From: Cyclobacteriaceae bacterium
GTDB taxonomy: Bacteria; Bacteroidota; Bacteroidia; Cytophagales; Cyclobacteriaceae
Direction: 5' to 3'
DNA length: 64,000 nt
NCBI GenBank assembly: GCA_016787565.1
Contig: JAEUUG010000004.1
Coordinates: forward strand, 325,827 to 389,826
The notes beneath the pieces were generated by a model, which was not told where the DNA came from, searched no databases, and worked only from the letters and a program-made list of their open reading frames with translations. The stretch's first letter is position 1; every line of letters starts with the position of its first letter. Positions 19,753 to 28,805 of this stretch are shown one piece after another. The translations under genes were made by a program, and so were the position numbers.

Positions 19753-20611
19753 TCCGAAAGAAATACCTGCGACCAAACTGCATGGTTATCTGTTGAGCGC
19801 GATTACACCGCGACCAATTGCCTTTGTAAGCACAGTGGATAACACGGGAAATGTTAACCTTAGCCCGTTCAGTTTTTTTAATTGCTTTGGATATAATCCC
19901 CCCATTCTTGTTTTTTCACCCGCACGAAGAGGTCGGGATAACACAACCAAGCATACGTATGAAAATGTTTTGGAAGTACCGGAAGCTGTGATCCACATGG
20001 TGAATTACCGGATGGTACAGCAAATGTCACTTGCGAGCACAGAGTATCCGAAAGGTGTTAATGAATTTATGAAAGCGGGTTTTACTGAAGTTTCCTCTGA
20101 TCTGGTGAAGCCACCCAGAATAGCGGAAGCCCCTGTGGCGATGGAGTGTATCGTAAAGGAAATAAATCAAACAGGATCGGAAGGTGGAGCTGGCAACCTC
20201 GTAGTATGCGAAGTGATCAGAATTCATCTGCAAGAATCAGTTCTTGATGATGAGGGAAGAATCGATCCGTTTAAACTGGATGCTGTTGCACGCCTTGGTG
20301 GTGATTGGTACTGCCGGGTGCAGGGTGACGCTATTTTTAAGGTACCTAAGCCTGCACAAAAGCTGGGTATTGGTATAGACAGGCTCCCGGATTCTATCCG
20401 AAATAGCAAAGTTCTTACTGGCAATGACCTGGGTATGTTGGGAAATGTTGAAGACCTTCCGGTTGAGCAGAGCATTCAATCCTTTAGGAACTCTATTGAA
20501 GTGAAAATGGCATTGAAAGCCGGGGAAGATGGACTACATCGCCTTGCGCAGGAATACCTGAAAGCCGGCAAAGTTGAGGAAGCGTGGAGTATTTTGCTTT
20601 CGAACAAATAA
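19739..20611 (+). CDS. flavin reductase-like FMN-binding protein with ~100-aa C-terminal extension
   Basis: The flavin reductase split-barrel motif (RPIAFVSTVDNTGNVNLSPFSFFN) is present. At 290 aa it is longer than typical members of 160-200 aa. Confidence 0.75.
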   Translation: MVTINPKEIPATKLHGYLLSAITPRPIAFVSTVDNTGNVNLSPFSFFNCFGYNPPILVFSPARRGRDNTTKHTYENVLEVPEAVIHMVNYRMVQQMSLASTEYPKGVNEFMKAGFTEVSSDLVKPPRIAEAPVAMECIVKEINQTGSEGGAGNLVVCEVIRIHLQESVLDDEGRIDPFKLDAVARLGGDWYCRVQGDAIFKVPKPAQKLGIGIDRLPDSIRNSKVLTGNDLGMLGNVEDLPVEQSIQSFRNSIEVKMALKAGEDGLHRLAQEYLKAGKVEEAWSILLSNK

Positions 20612-20654
20612 AAAACACGGTATTAACCGGGTTTAAGTTCGTTTCTTTTGTTGA

Positions 20655-21635
20655 TTAATCTCTGTACAAAACAGCTTTAACTGCTTTGATGGTCTTGGCA
20701 ACATTGGGCAGAATCGCTTCAATCAATGTGGGTGCATACGGCAGAGGAGCATCAAAACTGTTTACGCGATGAATGGGAGCATCCAGGTAATCAAACGCAT
20801 GTCTTTGTACGTGGTAGGTTATTTCGGTGGCGATCGATGATAAAGGCCAAGCTTCTTCTACAATAACCAGGCGATTCGTTTTCTTTACAGACTCGACAAC
20901 AGTAGCATAATCAATTGGTCTCACCGAACGTAAGTCGATGATCTCAGCGGAGATGCCATCTTTCTCAAGTTCTGAAGCGGCTGCAATGGCTACTTTAAGA
21001 ATTTTTCCAAACGTCACAATTGTAACATCTGTTCCGGGACGCTTGATGTCGGCAACGCCAATGGGAATAAGATATTCTTCGAGCGGAACCTGGCCTTTAT
21101 CGCCATACATCAATTCTGATTCCATGAATATGACAGGATCATTATCACGAATAGATGTTTTCAGAAGTCCTTTTGCATCATACGGATTGGAAGGTACTAC
21201 TACTTTAAGTCCGGGTGTGTTGGCAAACCAGTTTTCAAAATTCTGAGAGTGTTGTGAACTGAGCATACCGGCATTTCCCGTAGGTCCTCTGAATACGATC
21301 GGTACATTAAATTGACCGCCCGACATCGACATCATTTTGGCTGCAGAGTTGATGATTTGATCGATTGCTACGAGGGAAAAATTAAAGGTCATAAACTCGA
21401 CAATCGGGCGAATGCCATTCGCAGCTGCACCTACAGCTATTCCGGAAAACCCCAACTCAGAGATTGGCGTATCCAACACACGATCAGGACCAAATTCGTC
21501 CAGCATACCCTGGCTAACTTTGTAGGCTCCATTGTACTCACCCACTTCTTCGCCCATCAGGTGTACACTGGGATCTCTTCTCATTTCTTCGTTCATGGCC
21601 TCGCGCAAGGCCTCTCTGAATTGTATTTCTCTCAT
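20655..21635 (-). CDS. pdhB: pyruvate dehydrogenase (2-oxoacid dehydrogenase) E1 component beta subunit
   Basis: It has a transketolase-like pyrimidine-binding domain (DTPISELGFSGIAVGAAANGIRPIVEFMTFNF). The 326-aa length fits. Confidence 0.9.
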   Translation of the reverse strand: MREIQFREALREAMNEEMRRDPSVHLMGEEVGEYNGAYKVSQGMLDEFGPDRVLDTPISELGFSGIAVGAAANGIRPIVEFMTFNFSLVAIDQIINSAAKMMSMSGGQFNVPIVFRGPTGNAGMLSSQHSQNFENWFANTPGLKVVVPSNPYDAKGLLKTSIRDNDPVIFMESELMYGDKGQVPLEEYLIPIGVADIKRPGTDVTIVTFGKILKVAIAAASELEKDGISAEIIDLRSVRPIDYATVVESVKKTNRLVIVEEAWPLSSIATEITYHVQRHAFDYLDAPIHRVNSFDAPLPYAPTLIEAILPNVAKTIKAVKAVLYRD

Positions 21636-21713
21636 AGTCTTGGAAAGTCCGTAAAAATAGTATCTGAGCAGTGATTGGCCAAACCTGCGGAGGTATTTCG
21701 GAAAGTAATGCCA

Positions 21714-21746
21714 ATAAAAAACCCCGGGTGTTATCCGGGGTTTTTA
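21714..21746 (-). terminator. rho-independent terminator downstream of the TPR lipoprotein gene
   Basis: The hairpin ccccggg-tgttat-ccgggg, read on the minus strand, is followed by a T-run. Confidence 0.6.
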
Positions 21747-21766
21747 AAATCAAATTCTTAACAAGA

Positions 21767-23542
21767 TTACTTCAGTGCGTTTCTGAAAGCTTCAGACGTT
21801 GCAAATTTAGCAAACTCAAGATCGCCAAGAGCTGCTTCCTTCAATGAAGGATCGGCTTTAACGGCATTGGAAAGATTGCTAACTACACCATCGGCATTGC
21901 CTAAACGAGCGGAAGCAACAGCAGCACCATAATAGGCAATAGCCAGGTTGCTGTTTTTGCTTGTAGCCTGACTGAAAGAAGTCAATGCATTCTGGTAATC
22001 TTTATTCAATACTTGTGCTAAACCTTTGTTGAAGAGGTTATCAGCATTATCAGCGGCAGAAGATTCAGAACGAACAGCGTCAGCATATTTCGCCATCACA
22101 ATCTCAGCGGCACCTTTTACACCATTCAAGCCAGCAGCATTATCACCGCTTAATCCAGCACCAAGGGCTTTGGTTGCATGGCTATAGGCAGCGTACGCAT
22201 TGCCTTTGATCATTTGAACTGAGGCAAGATTTGCGTGAACCTCAGGAGCAGCATTTAATTTAGCAGCAATGTCCAATTGAGCAGCAGCTTTATCAGCCAG
22301 CGCATTTGCGTTGGCTGGATTTTCAACAGCTTGAGCAAGGTAAGTTGCGCCTAAGTTGTTGTGCGCATTCCAGAAAGTGCCTTTTTTGGTAGCAGCTTCG
22401 TAGATCGCAGCTTTTTCTTCCAAAGAAGGTGTTAAGGTTGCAGAATACATCAATTCTTCAAAAGAAAGTGCATCAGCACTAGCAGATCCTTGTGTGATTT
22501 GCTTTGCTAAGACGGCAATTTCTGCATCTGTTTTTTTATCCTTAATCGTCAGAATTTCAGTTTTAGCTGTTCTCAAGCCAGGGTAAACGTCTTTGAATAC
22601 CTTCTTATAGGTCTTTAATTTTTTAAGTTGCTTTTCAGTTGCTTCAAAGGCACCACCAGCATTGATGATGTTCAAGTACTCAGCCTTTTCTTCAGAAGAA
22701 ATACCCTCATAGGCTGATAATGCATTTTTGAATTCATTCCAGTCGTCAATAACGGGCTTTTGGATAAAGCTGATAGAGTCAGCCATGCCTTTATAGTCGT
22801 ACTTCTTCATTTGCTGACGGTAGAATTTCTCAATCGCAGCAGCACGTTCGTTGGCCAAGCGACTGTTGATACGGTCAGCACCTTCAGGCGAGTGGGTACC
22901 GGTTATGGTTACAGTGCGGGTAATGTTCTTAGAAGCAATGAAAGCATCAAGTTGCTTTCCTTTATCGCTCTTTATTTCTGAAGTTCTCAATACTGATCTT
23001 CCTTGTTCAAAGATGAAATCAGGGATAACAACCGGAATAACTTCTTCCTGGTTATTATAACCATGTCCTGAAAATGCTGCTGCGTAAACAGGTTTAACGA
23101 GTTTAGAGGTGGTGATAACACCAACAGCTACTTCCATGCGTGGGGTAACTTTAGCTTTTGTGCCTTTTGAAGCAGAACCTTCCACTTCAAGTTTACCAGA
23201 CTTCATGGCTGGAGCATATGGGAAAGCAAAGCTTTTTGTTACTTTAGGTTGCTCCGTTGAGCTATTAGGATAGTCTTCAGCCTTAAAAGGGATAGGATCA
23301 AGGGCTGTTTCATTTCCACCATACTTGTAAAAAGTATTTACGGTGTAAACTGTTCCCTTCTTCAACATTTTAACGGGCAGGTTCGCTGCCATGTCAAAGT
23401 TTACAGTGTCTTTATGGACTTCTAAAGGGTTGGGAGTAACTGTAAGATTCTGCTCTTTGGCTTTTTTAATCATGGAGGGCAACGTACAGCCGCCCAGGCT
23501 CACTGCACCGATGATTAGAAATGAGTAAACTAATTTTCTCAT
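21767..23542 (-). CDS. lipoprotein with C-terminal Ala-rich TPR-like repeats
   Basis: A signal peptide and lipobox (IIGAVSLGGCTLP) are present. The C-terminal ~250 aa consists of Ala-rich helical repeats (...NAHNNLGATYLAQ..., ...AIAYYGAAVASARLGN...). Confidence 0.6.
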   Translation of the reverse strand: MRKLVYSFLIIGAVSLGGCTLPSMIKKAKEQNLTVTPNPLEVHKDTVNFDMAANLPVKMLKKGTVYTVNTFYKYGGNETALDPIPFKAEDYPNSSTEQPKVTKSFAFPYAPAMKSGKLEVEGSASKGTKAKVTPRMEVAVGVITTSKLVKPVYAAAFSGHGYNNQEEVIPVVIPDFIFEQGRSVLRTSEIKSDKGKQLDAFIASKNITRTVTITGTHSPEGADRINSRLANERAAAIEKFYRQQMKKYDYKGMADSISFIQKPVIDDWNEFKNALSAYEGISSEEKAEYLNIINAGGAFEATEKQLKKLKTYKKVFKDVYPGLRTAKTEILTIKDKKTDAEIAVLAKQITQGSASADALSFEELMYSATLTPSLEEKAAIYEAATKKGTFWNAHNNLGATYLAQAVENPANANALADKAAAQLDIAAKLNAAPEVHANLASVQMIKGNAYAAYSHATKALGAGLSGDNAAGLNGVKGAAEIVMAKYADAVRSESSAADNADNLFNKGLAQVLNKDYQNALTSFSQATSKNSNLAIAYYGAAVASARLGNADGVVSNLSNAVKADPSLKEAALGDLEFAKFATSEAFRNALK

Positions 23543-23733
23543 TGGAATTTGATTTATGGTTTATTTAAACAGGTTGCAAAACTATACTTACGTGTATTTT
23601 TTTGCAATAATAACTCAAAAAATTAAGATTTAGGGCATTATATAGCTGTTCAATACCCGTTATATTTGCAGGCAGGATAATAGATCGTTAAATGAACTTT
23701 TTAACGCGTTGAAAGTCTCTAAACGAACGATAT

Positions 23734-23961
23734 ATGAATGAATTTGAAGGGAAAATCCAGCATTTTTTTTTGAGGGGTGCGTTTGGGGTCTGCACCCGTC
23801 TGGGCGAAAAACTCGGAATGGCTACTTCCAGCATCAGGCTATTCTTCATTTATGCCTCTTTTATCACATTCGGATCGCCCATTATTATCTACCTGTCACT
23901 CGCGTTTATCATGAATATGCGCAAGCATTTCAGAAAACGTAGCCCAATCTGGGATTATTGA
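23734..23961 (+). CDS. PspC-domain protein (minimal, 75 aa)
   Basis: The PspC motif (GVCTRLGEKLGMATSSIRLFFI) is followed by a single TM helix. Confidence 0.7.
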   Translation: MNEFEGKIQHFFLRGAFGVCTRLGEKLGMATSSIRLFFIYASFITFGSPIIIYLSLAFIMNMRKHFRKRSPIWDY

Positions 23962-24962
23962 ACAAAGGTTTTTTTCTGCTTAAAGTAATAGTCAACGATT
24001 ACAAGTCCGGGGCGGATAGTTTTTCTGGAATAATGAGGGTATTCACTTCTCAGTAATCTCCTCTTCCGAAGATTTTTATTCAGGTGCCTTAAAAAGCGGT
24101 AATGGGCCCGCAGGACCGCGATCATGTTTCCGGGTTGTCCTTTCGCTAAAAAAATGAAAGCTGCCACCCAATCAAGCATGAACCTGACGGGTAATTTTAA
24201 GAACAGTTCCCACGTGTCGAGGTGTTTGAAGATCAGAGTTAAACCGTTTCTGAAATTGTAATAGGTTTTTCGTGGTTGCTTATAACCCAGTGTTCCAGCG
24301 CCCAGGTGGTAAACTGTGCTGCTACCGCAATAACAAACCTTATCACTGCTGCGATGGATCTTCCAACAAAGGTCAATTTCTTCCATATGTGCAAACAGGT
24401 CCTCGTCAAGACCTCCAAACTTCTTATAAATATTCGCGCGGATCATCAGGCACGCGCCTGATGCCCAGAAGATATCGCGTTGATCATTATACTGGCCATC
24501 ATCTGTTTCGATATGATTAAAAATTCTCCCTCGACAAAAAGGATAGCCGAGCGCATCGATAAAACCACCAGCCGCTCCGGCATATTCAAATTTTGTTTTG
24601 TCCTGATAAGAGAGAATTTTCGGCTGAATGGCTGCAACGGTTGAATCCGTTTCCAGCAGGCGAAGCATGGGTAAAAGCCAGTTCGCGGTTACTTCCACAT
24701 CGGAGTTCAACAACACATAGGCATCAGCATCTACCTGCGCGAGTGCGCGATTGTAGCCTCCGCAGAAACCAAAGTTTTTTTCAAGGAGAATAATCCGAAC
24801 CGAAGGAAACTCTTTTTCCAGAATAGAAATCGATTGATCAGTACTTCCGTTATCGGCAACAATTAATTCTGCTCCATGAGTATGTTCAATGGCCGAAGGT
24901 AAAAACTGACGCAGGAGTTTTTCACCATTATAGTTCAGAATGACAACGGCTGTTTTAATCAT
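23955..24962 (-). CDS. family 2 glycosyltransferase
   Basis: It has the GT-A fold N-terminus (VVILNYNGEKLL...ELIVADNGSTD) and a DxD-type motif. Confidence 0.8.
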   Translation of the reverse strand: MIKTAVVILNYNGEKLLRQFLPSAIEHTHGAELIVADNGSTDQSISILEKEFPSVRIILLEKNFGFCGGYNRALAQVDADAYVLLNSDVEVTANWLLPMLRLLETDSTVAAIQPKILSYQDKTKFEYAGAAGGFIDALGYPFCRGRIFNHIETDDGQYNDQRDIFWASGACLMIRANIYKKFGGLDEDLFAHMEEIDLCWKIHRSSDKVCYCGSSTVYHLGAGTLGYKQPRKTYYNFRNGLTLIFKHLDTWELFLKLPVRFMLDWVAAFIFLAKGQPGNMIAVLRAHYRFLRHLNKNLRKRRLLRSEYPHYSRKTIRPGLVIVDYYFKQKKTFVQ

Positions 24963-25294
24963 CCCATCATGCTGCTAAGATCCAGGCCGGGGATGTTTGG
25001 GAGCAGGCCTTCGGTACTTTTGCGCAATTCTTCTTTGGCCAGGATGTCAACTTCTTCCATTGCTTTGTTTACGGCTGCCACCACCAGGTCTTGTACCATA
25101 ATTTTATCTTCAACTTTCAACAATAGCGGGTCGATGTCCAACGTCACGAGTTGTTTTTTACCGTTCACCGTTGCTTTCACCATACCGCCTCCTGATTCAC
25201 CTGATGCTTTTACCTTCACCAGGTTATCTTGTGCTTCTTTTAAACGGGCTTGAACTTCTTTCATTTTACCCATCATTTTCATCATATCGAACAT
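24959..25294 (-). CDS. ybaB: YbaB/EbfC nucleoid-associated protein
   Basis: It is 111 aa and has the characteristic MFDMMKMMGKMKEVQ N-terminus and the KATVNGKKQLVTLDIDP segment. Confidence 0.9.
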   Translation of the reverse strand: MFDMMKMMGKMKEVQARLKEAQDNLVKVKASGESGGGMVKATVNGKKQLVTLDIDPLLLKVEDKIMVQDLVVAAVNKAMEEVDILAKEELRKSTEGLLPNIPGLDLSSMMG

Positions 25295-25366
25295 AACAGC
25301 AAGGGTTAAAGATTTATAATTTCTGCAAAGAAACGATGAAGCCAGCGCAATCAGAAATCTGTGAGC

Positions 25367-27274
25367 CTACTTTTTACGAAGCAGAACAACTGAGCCCGAG
25401 CGGTCGAATGTGCGGCCTGCCAGATCCGTAATTTTAGCAATAAAAGCATAGGTTCCTTCGGGCATGGTGCTCCCCTTAAAAGTGCCGTCCCATCCCTGGG
25501 TAGGATTAGAGGTAGTAAATAATAACTCACCCCACCGGTTAAAAATTTTCATTTCAAAGGCTACAACATATTGACTGAACACAGTAAAGGTGTCGTTGAG
25601 GCCATCGTTGTTGGGTGTAAAAGCTGTGGGGTAAAAAAGATTTGGTTCTTTGATGATGGTGATGGTATTGGAAACGGAGTTGATAACACCGACATCATTG
25701 GCAATAGCTATTATTTTATATGTATAGATTTGATTTAATAGATCTTCCACATCATCTGTAAACGTTGTGGCGTTGGCAACATCAATAGTCTGCAGCAGTT
25801 GACCCTGCGCATTGAATTTTTGTATAGCATAATGATCAACACCGTTTGTCCATCCTGTATAGGCGTTCCAATTCAGAATAATGGAATTGTCCTTTTGCAA
25901 GGATCCGAAAAGTTGAATCGGACAAGCTTCCTGGCTAAACGGACTAAAGTTGCCACACACATCCTGATAGGATATTTTATAGCACGTTGATTCCGTTGTT
26001 GAGTATGCAGGGTCGCTTACGGAAGCACTGTTGATTTTAGTCAGGAGCGAATAGCCTCCGTTAACGGATTTAAAAACAGAATATTCAGTAGGTGTGAAGG
26101 CAGGGTTTTGTTGCCACACGAGATCAACTCCTGTAGGAGTAACCATGGATGAAATGTTTTCGACAGCAGTAGGGATGGTACTGGAAAATGCAGTAACGGA
26201 TTTGGAAAGAGAAATACTCCTGCTTCCATCGGCATAGTTTGAAACTAACTGATAGGTGTAGGGAATAGTGCAGACAATATTGTTGTCATCGAAAAACAGG
26301 GGAGAGGTAGGTCGTGTTAGCGAGGGTAAGCTTCCTGTATTATCGCTTTTGTTAATCGTGAAGTTGGCAATGCCTGATGTTGCTGTTGTCCAGATGAGTT
26401 TATTCACATCGCTTTGCGCGGATACATCAAAATTAGAGCTGCAGATTATATTCGAATAGGCTGTAATGGCACTGTTGCAGGGATCGAATGTCGCCAAGCG
26501 GAAACAATAATAATTATCATCCGGACGAAGACTGTTCAGGGTAACTGTAGTCTGGTTGTAAAGATTTTGAATGAGCTGAAACGTGGTGTTGTTGTTCGTG
26601 GCAATTTCAAGTCTGTAGCGTACTGTAGAAAGTCCGTTGAGATCAAGGGCAATCTGTGTGGAATTCAAAACAGAAAGTTGTGTCAGGTTGGCGGCTGGTA
26701 AAGTAAGCATAGCCGTAACCGGTTTGTTCATGGCACTGCAATTATCAGCAGCACTCAGGTTTCGGCCGCGGATAGTAATTGTTTTTGGTCCTGCGGAAGC
26801 AAAGGTATGATTGTCGGTTGCCAAACTTCCCGAAGGTCTTACTACAACAGGTGTTGCATCATTGTAATTAATCACGTATTGATTGTAGTTGTTATCCGTG
26901 ACCTTTAAGGATACTGCATTGTTATTGCACGAATAAATCTCAAACTCTGGTTGAATGTTTTGAACTACGTCAATTTCGATTTCATCAATTCCCGAAGCCT
27001 GAAACTGAATTCTCAATTTGTATTTGCCTGGCTGTGTGTAAGTGTGTGTAAAGGTTAGCGATTGAAATTGATTATTTCCTTCAAAATCCATGTCGCAGGG
27101 ATTGGCACCATTACAAACAGATGGGGGTTTTATGGTTACTAAAACCGTTAGCGGTGCACATCCTTTTTTCTGATCGACTTCAAAACGGTTGCCCACACTG
27201 GGGTAGGGCTGACCGCGCAGCACCAGGGTTGTGCAACTGAAAAGAATGAAGATGAATAATACTTTTACGTTCAT
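25367..27274 (-). CDS. secreted PKD/Ig-like repeat protein with T9SS type-B C-terminal sorting domain
   Basis: A signal peptide is followed by an N-terminal PKD-like motif (FTHTYTQPGKYKLRI) and Asn/Ser/Thr-rich beta repeats. The C-terminus has the gliding-motility-associated T9SS signature (YPTAFTPNNDGLNDTF...NRWGELLF...). Confidence 0.8.
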   Translation of the reverse strand: MNVKVLFIFILFSCTTLVLRGQPYPSVGNRFEVDQKKGCAPLTVLVTIKPPSVCNGANPCDMDFEGNNQFQSLTFTHTYTQPGKYKLRIQFQASGIDEIEIDVVQNIQPEFEIYSCNNNAVSLKVTDNNYNQYVINYNDATPVVVRPSGSLATDNHTFASAGPKTITIRGRNLSAADNCSAMNKPVTAMLTLPAANLTQLSVLNSTQIALDLNGLSTVRYRLEIATNNNTTFQLIQNLYNQTTVTLNSLRPDDNYYCFRLATFDPCNSAITAYSNIICSSNFDVSAQSDVNKLIWTTATSGIANFTINKSDNTGSLPSLTRPTSPLFFDDNNIVCTIPYTYQLVSNYADGSRSISLSKSVTAFSSTIPTAVENISSMVTPTGVDLVWQQNPAFTPTEYSVFKSVNGGYSLLTKINSASVSDPAYSTTESTCYKISYQDVCGNFSPFSQEACPIQLFGSLQKDNSIILNWNAYTGWTNGVDHYAIQKFNAQGQLLQTIDVANATTFTDDVEDLLNQIYTYKIIAIANDVGVINSVSNTITIIKEPNLFYPTAFTPNNDGLNDTFTVFSQYVVAFEMKIFNRWGELLFTTSNPTQGWDGTFKGSTMPEGTYAFIAKITDLAGRTFDRSGSVVLLRKK

Positions 27275-28764
27275 GCTGGAAGGTCGGCCACTTTCAGAAA
27301 TTGTTCAGCTTTTTGAATGTCGTCATGCAATACACGATCGTTCTCTATAAACGGCACAACGTGTCGGAAAGTATGAACGAAAGCTTCCAGATAAGGAGAC
27401 GTTCTAAGGGGTCTTCGAAACGTAAGCGCCTGCGATGCAGTAATCAATTCAATTGCCAGAATAGAATAGAGATTATTGACGATCCGATAAGCCTTGGTGG
27501 CCGCATTGGCGCCCATGCTCACATGATCTTCCTGTCCGTTCGAAGAAACGATTGAGTCCACCGAAGCGGGCGTACAAAGTTGTTTGTTCTGGCTTACCAG
27601 CGATGCAGCCGTGTATTGTGGTATCATAAGGCCTGAGTTGATACCCGGGTTTGCCACAAGGTAATTGGGTAAATCACGAACACCCGAAATAAGTTGATAC
27701 GTTCTTCTTTCTGAAATATTACCCAACTCCGCCAACGCGATGGCCAGAAAGTCTAACCCAAGAGCCAGCGGTTGCCCATGAAAGTTACCGGCCGAAATAA
27801 TTTCATCCTGTTCTGGAAACACGTTCGGGTTGTCGGTAACACTGTTGACTTCGGTTAGAAAAATATTCGTTACATAATCAATGGTATCGGCACTGGCTCC
27901 ATGAACTTGCGGAATACACCGGAAGGAATAGGGATCCTGAACATGTTTTTTTTCTTGCGTAATGAGTTCGCTATCTGCCAGTATTTTTAATATAGCCGAA
28001 GCGATACGCACCTGCCCATGATGTGGCCTGATCGCGTGAACTTCGGGAAGAAAAGGCTCCATCCGTCCATCAAAAGCATCCAGTGAAAGCGCAGCAATGA
28101 TAGTCGAAAGGTGGAGCAGGCGATGCGCGTGAAGGGTACACCAGATTCCATAGGCACTCATAAATTGCGTTCCGTTCAGCAAAGCCAGGCCCTCTTTTGA
28201 TTGCAGATGAATGGGAGGCCAGTTCAGTTTCTTGCTGATATCACTTCCCGATAACAATTCTCCTTTATAGTGTACTTCCCCTAAGCCAATTAAAGGCAGC
28301 GACAAATGAGCAAGCGGAGCCAGATCACCGGAGGCACCCAAAGAACCCATTTCATAAACACGGGGTAGTACACCAGCATTGAACATTTCGGCCAGACGCT
28401 CTACGGTAATTAATTGCGTTCCGGAGTATCCGTAAGCCAGCGACTGCACTTTTAGAAAAAGCATTAACCTCACAATTTCTTCTGGCACTTCGGCACCTGT
28501 TCCGCAGGCATGCGACTTCACTAAATTCTCCTGCAGTTTTTCCAGCTGATCTGCAGATATGTTTTTATTGTAGAGCGATCCGAAGCCCGTATTGATGCCA
28601 TAGATGGATTGGTTGGAGTTTGCTATTTTCTCATTGAGGAATTCGCGGCACCGGTTAATTTTTTTTCGGGCATCATCCGAAAGCTGAATCACTACCACGT
28701 TATTGAGCACGGCTGTTAGTTCTTGCAGGGTTAGCGTATTGCCGGAAATAAAATGAATGGCCAT
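27271..28764 (-). CDS. hutH: histidine ammonia-lyase
   Basis: It has the MIO-forming motif Ala-Ser-Gly (GASGDLAPLAHL) and a Ser-His selectivity pair (LVKSHACG) typical of HAL. I moved the start to Met101 of the track ORF (MAIHFISGNT...). The longer track ORF would overlap hisS by about 260 nt and add 100 non-homologous residues. Confidence 0.85.
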   Translation of the reverse strand: MAIHFISGNTLTLQELTAVLNNVVVIQLSDDARKKINRCREFLNEKIANSNQSIYGINTGFGSLYNKNISADQLEKLQENLVKSHACGTGAEVPEEIVRLMLFLKVQSLAYGYSGTQLITVERLAEMFNAGVLPRVYEMGSLGASGDLAPLAHLSLPLIGLGEVHYKGELLSGSDISKKLNWPPIHLQSKEGLALLNGTQFMSAYGIWCTLHAHRLLHLSTIIAALSLDAFDGRMEPFLPEVHAIRPHHGQVRIASAILKILADSELITQEKKHVQDPYSFRCIPQVHGASADTIDYVTNIFLTEVNSVTDNPNVFPEQDEIISAGNFHGQPLALGLDFLAIALAELGNISERRTYQLISGVRDLPNYLVANPGINSGLMIPQYTAASLVSQNKQLCTPASVDSIVSSNGQEDHVSMGANAATKAYRIVNNLYSILAIELITASQALTFRRPLRTSPYLEAFVHTFRHVVPFIENDRVLHDDIQKAEQFLKVADLPA

Positions 28765-28805
28765 GATTTGGTCGATCAGCTTTTTGGTAATCGAAGTTCG
28801 TAAAC

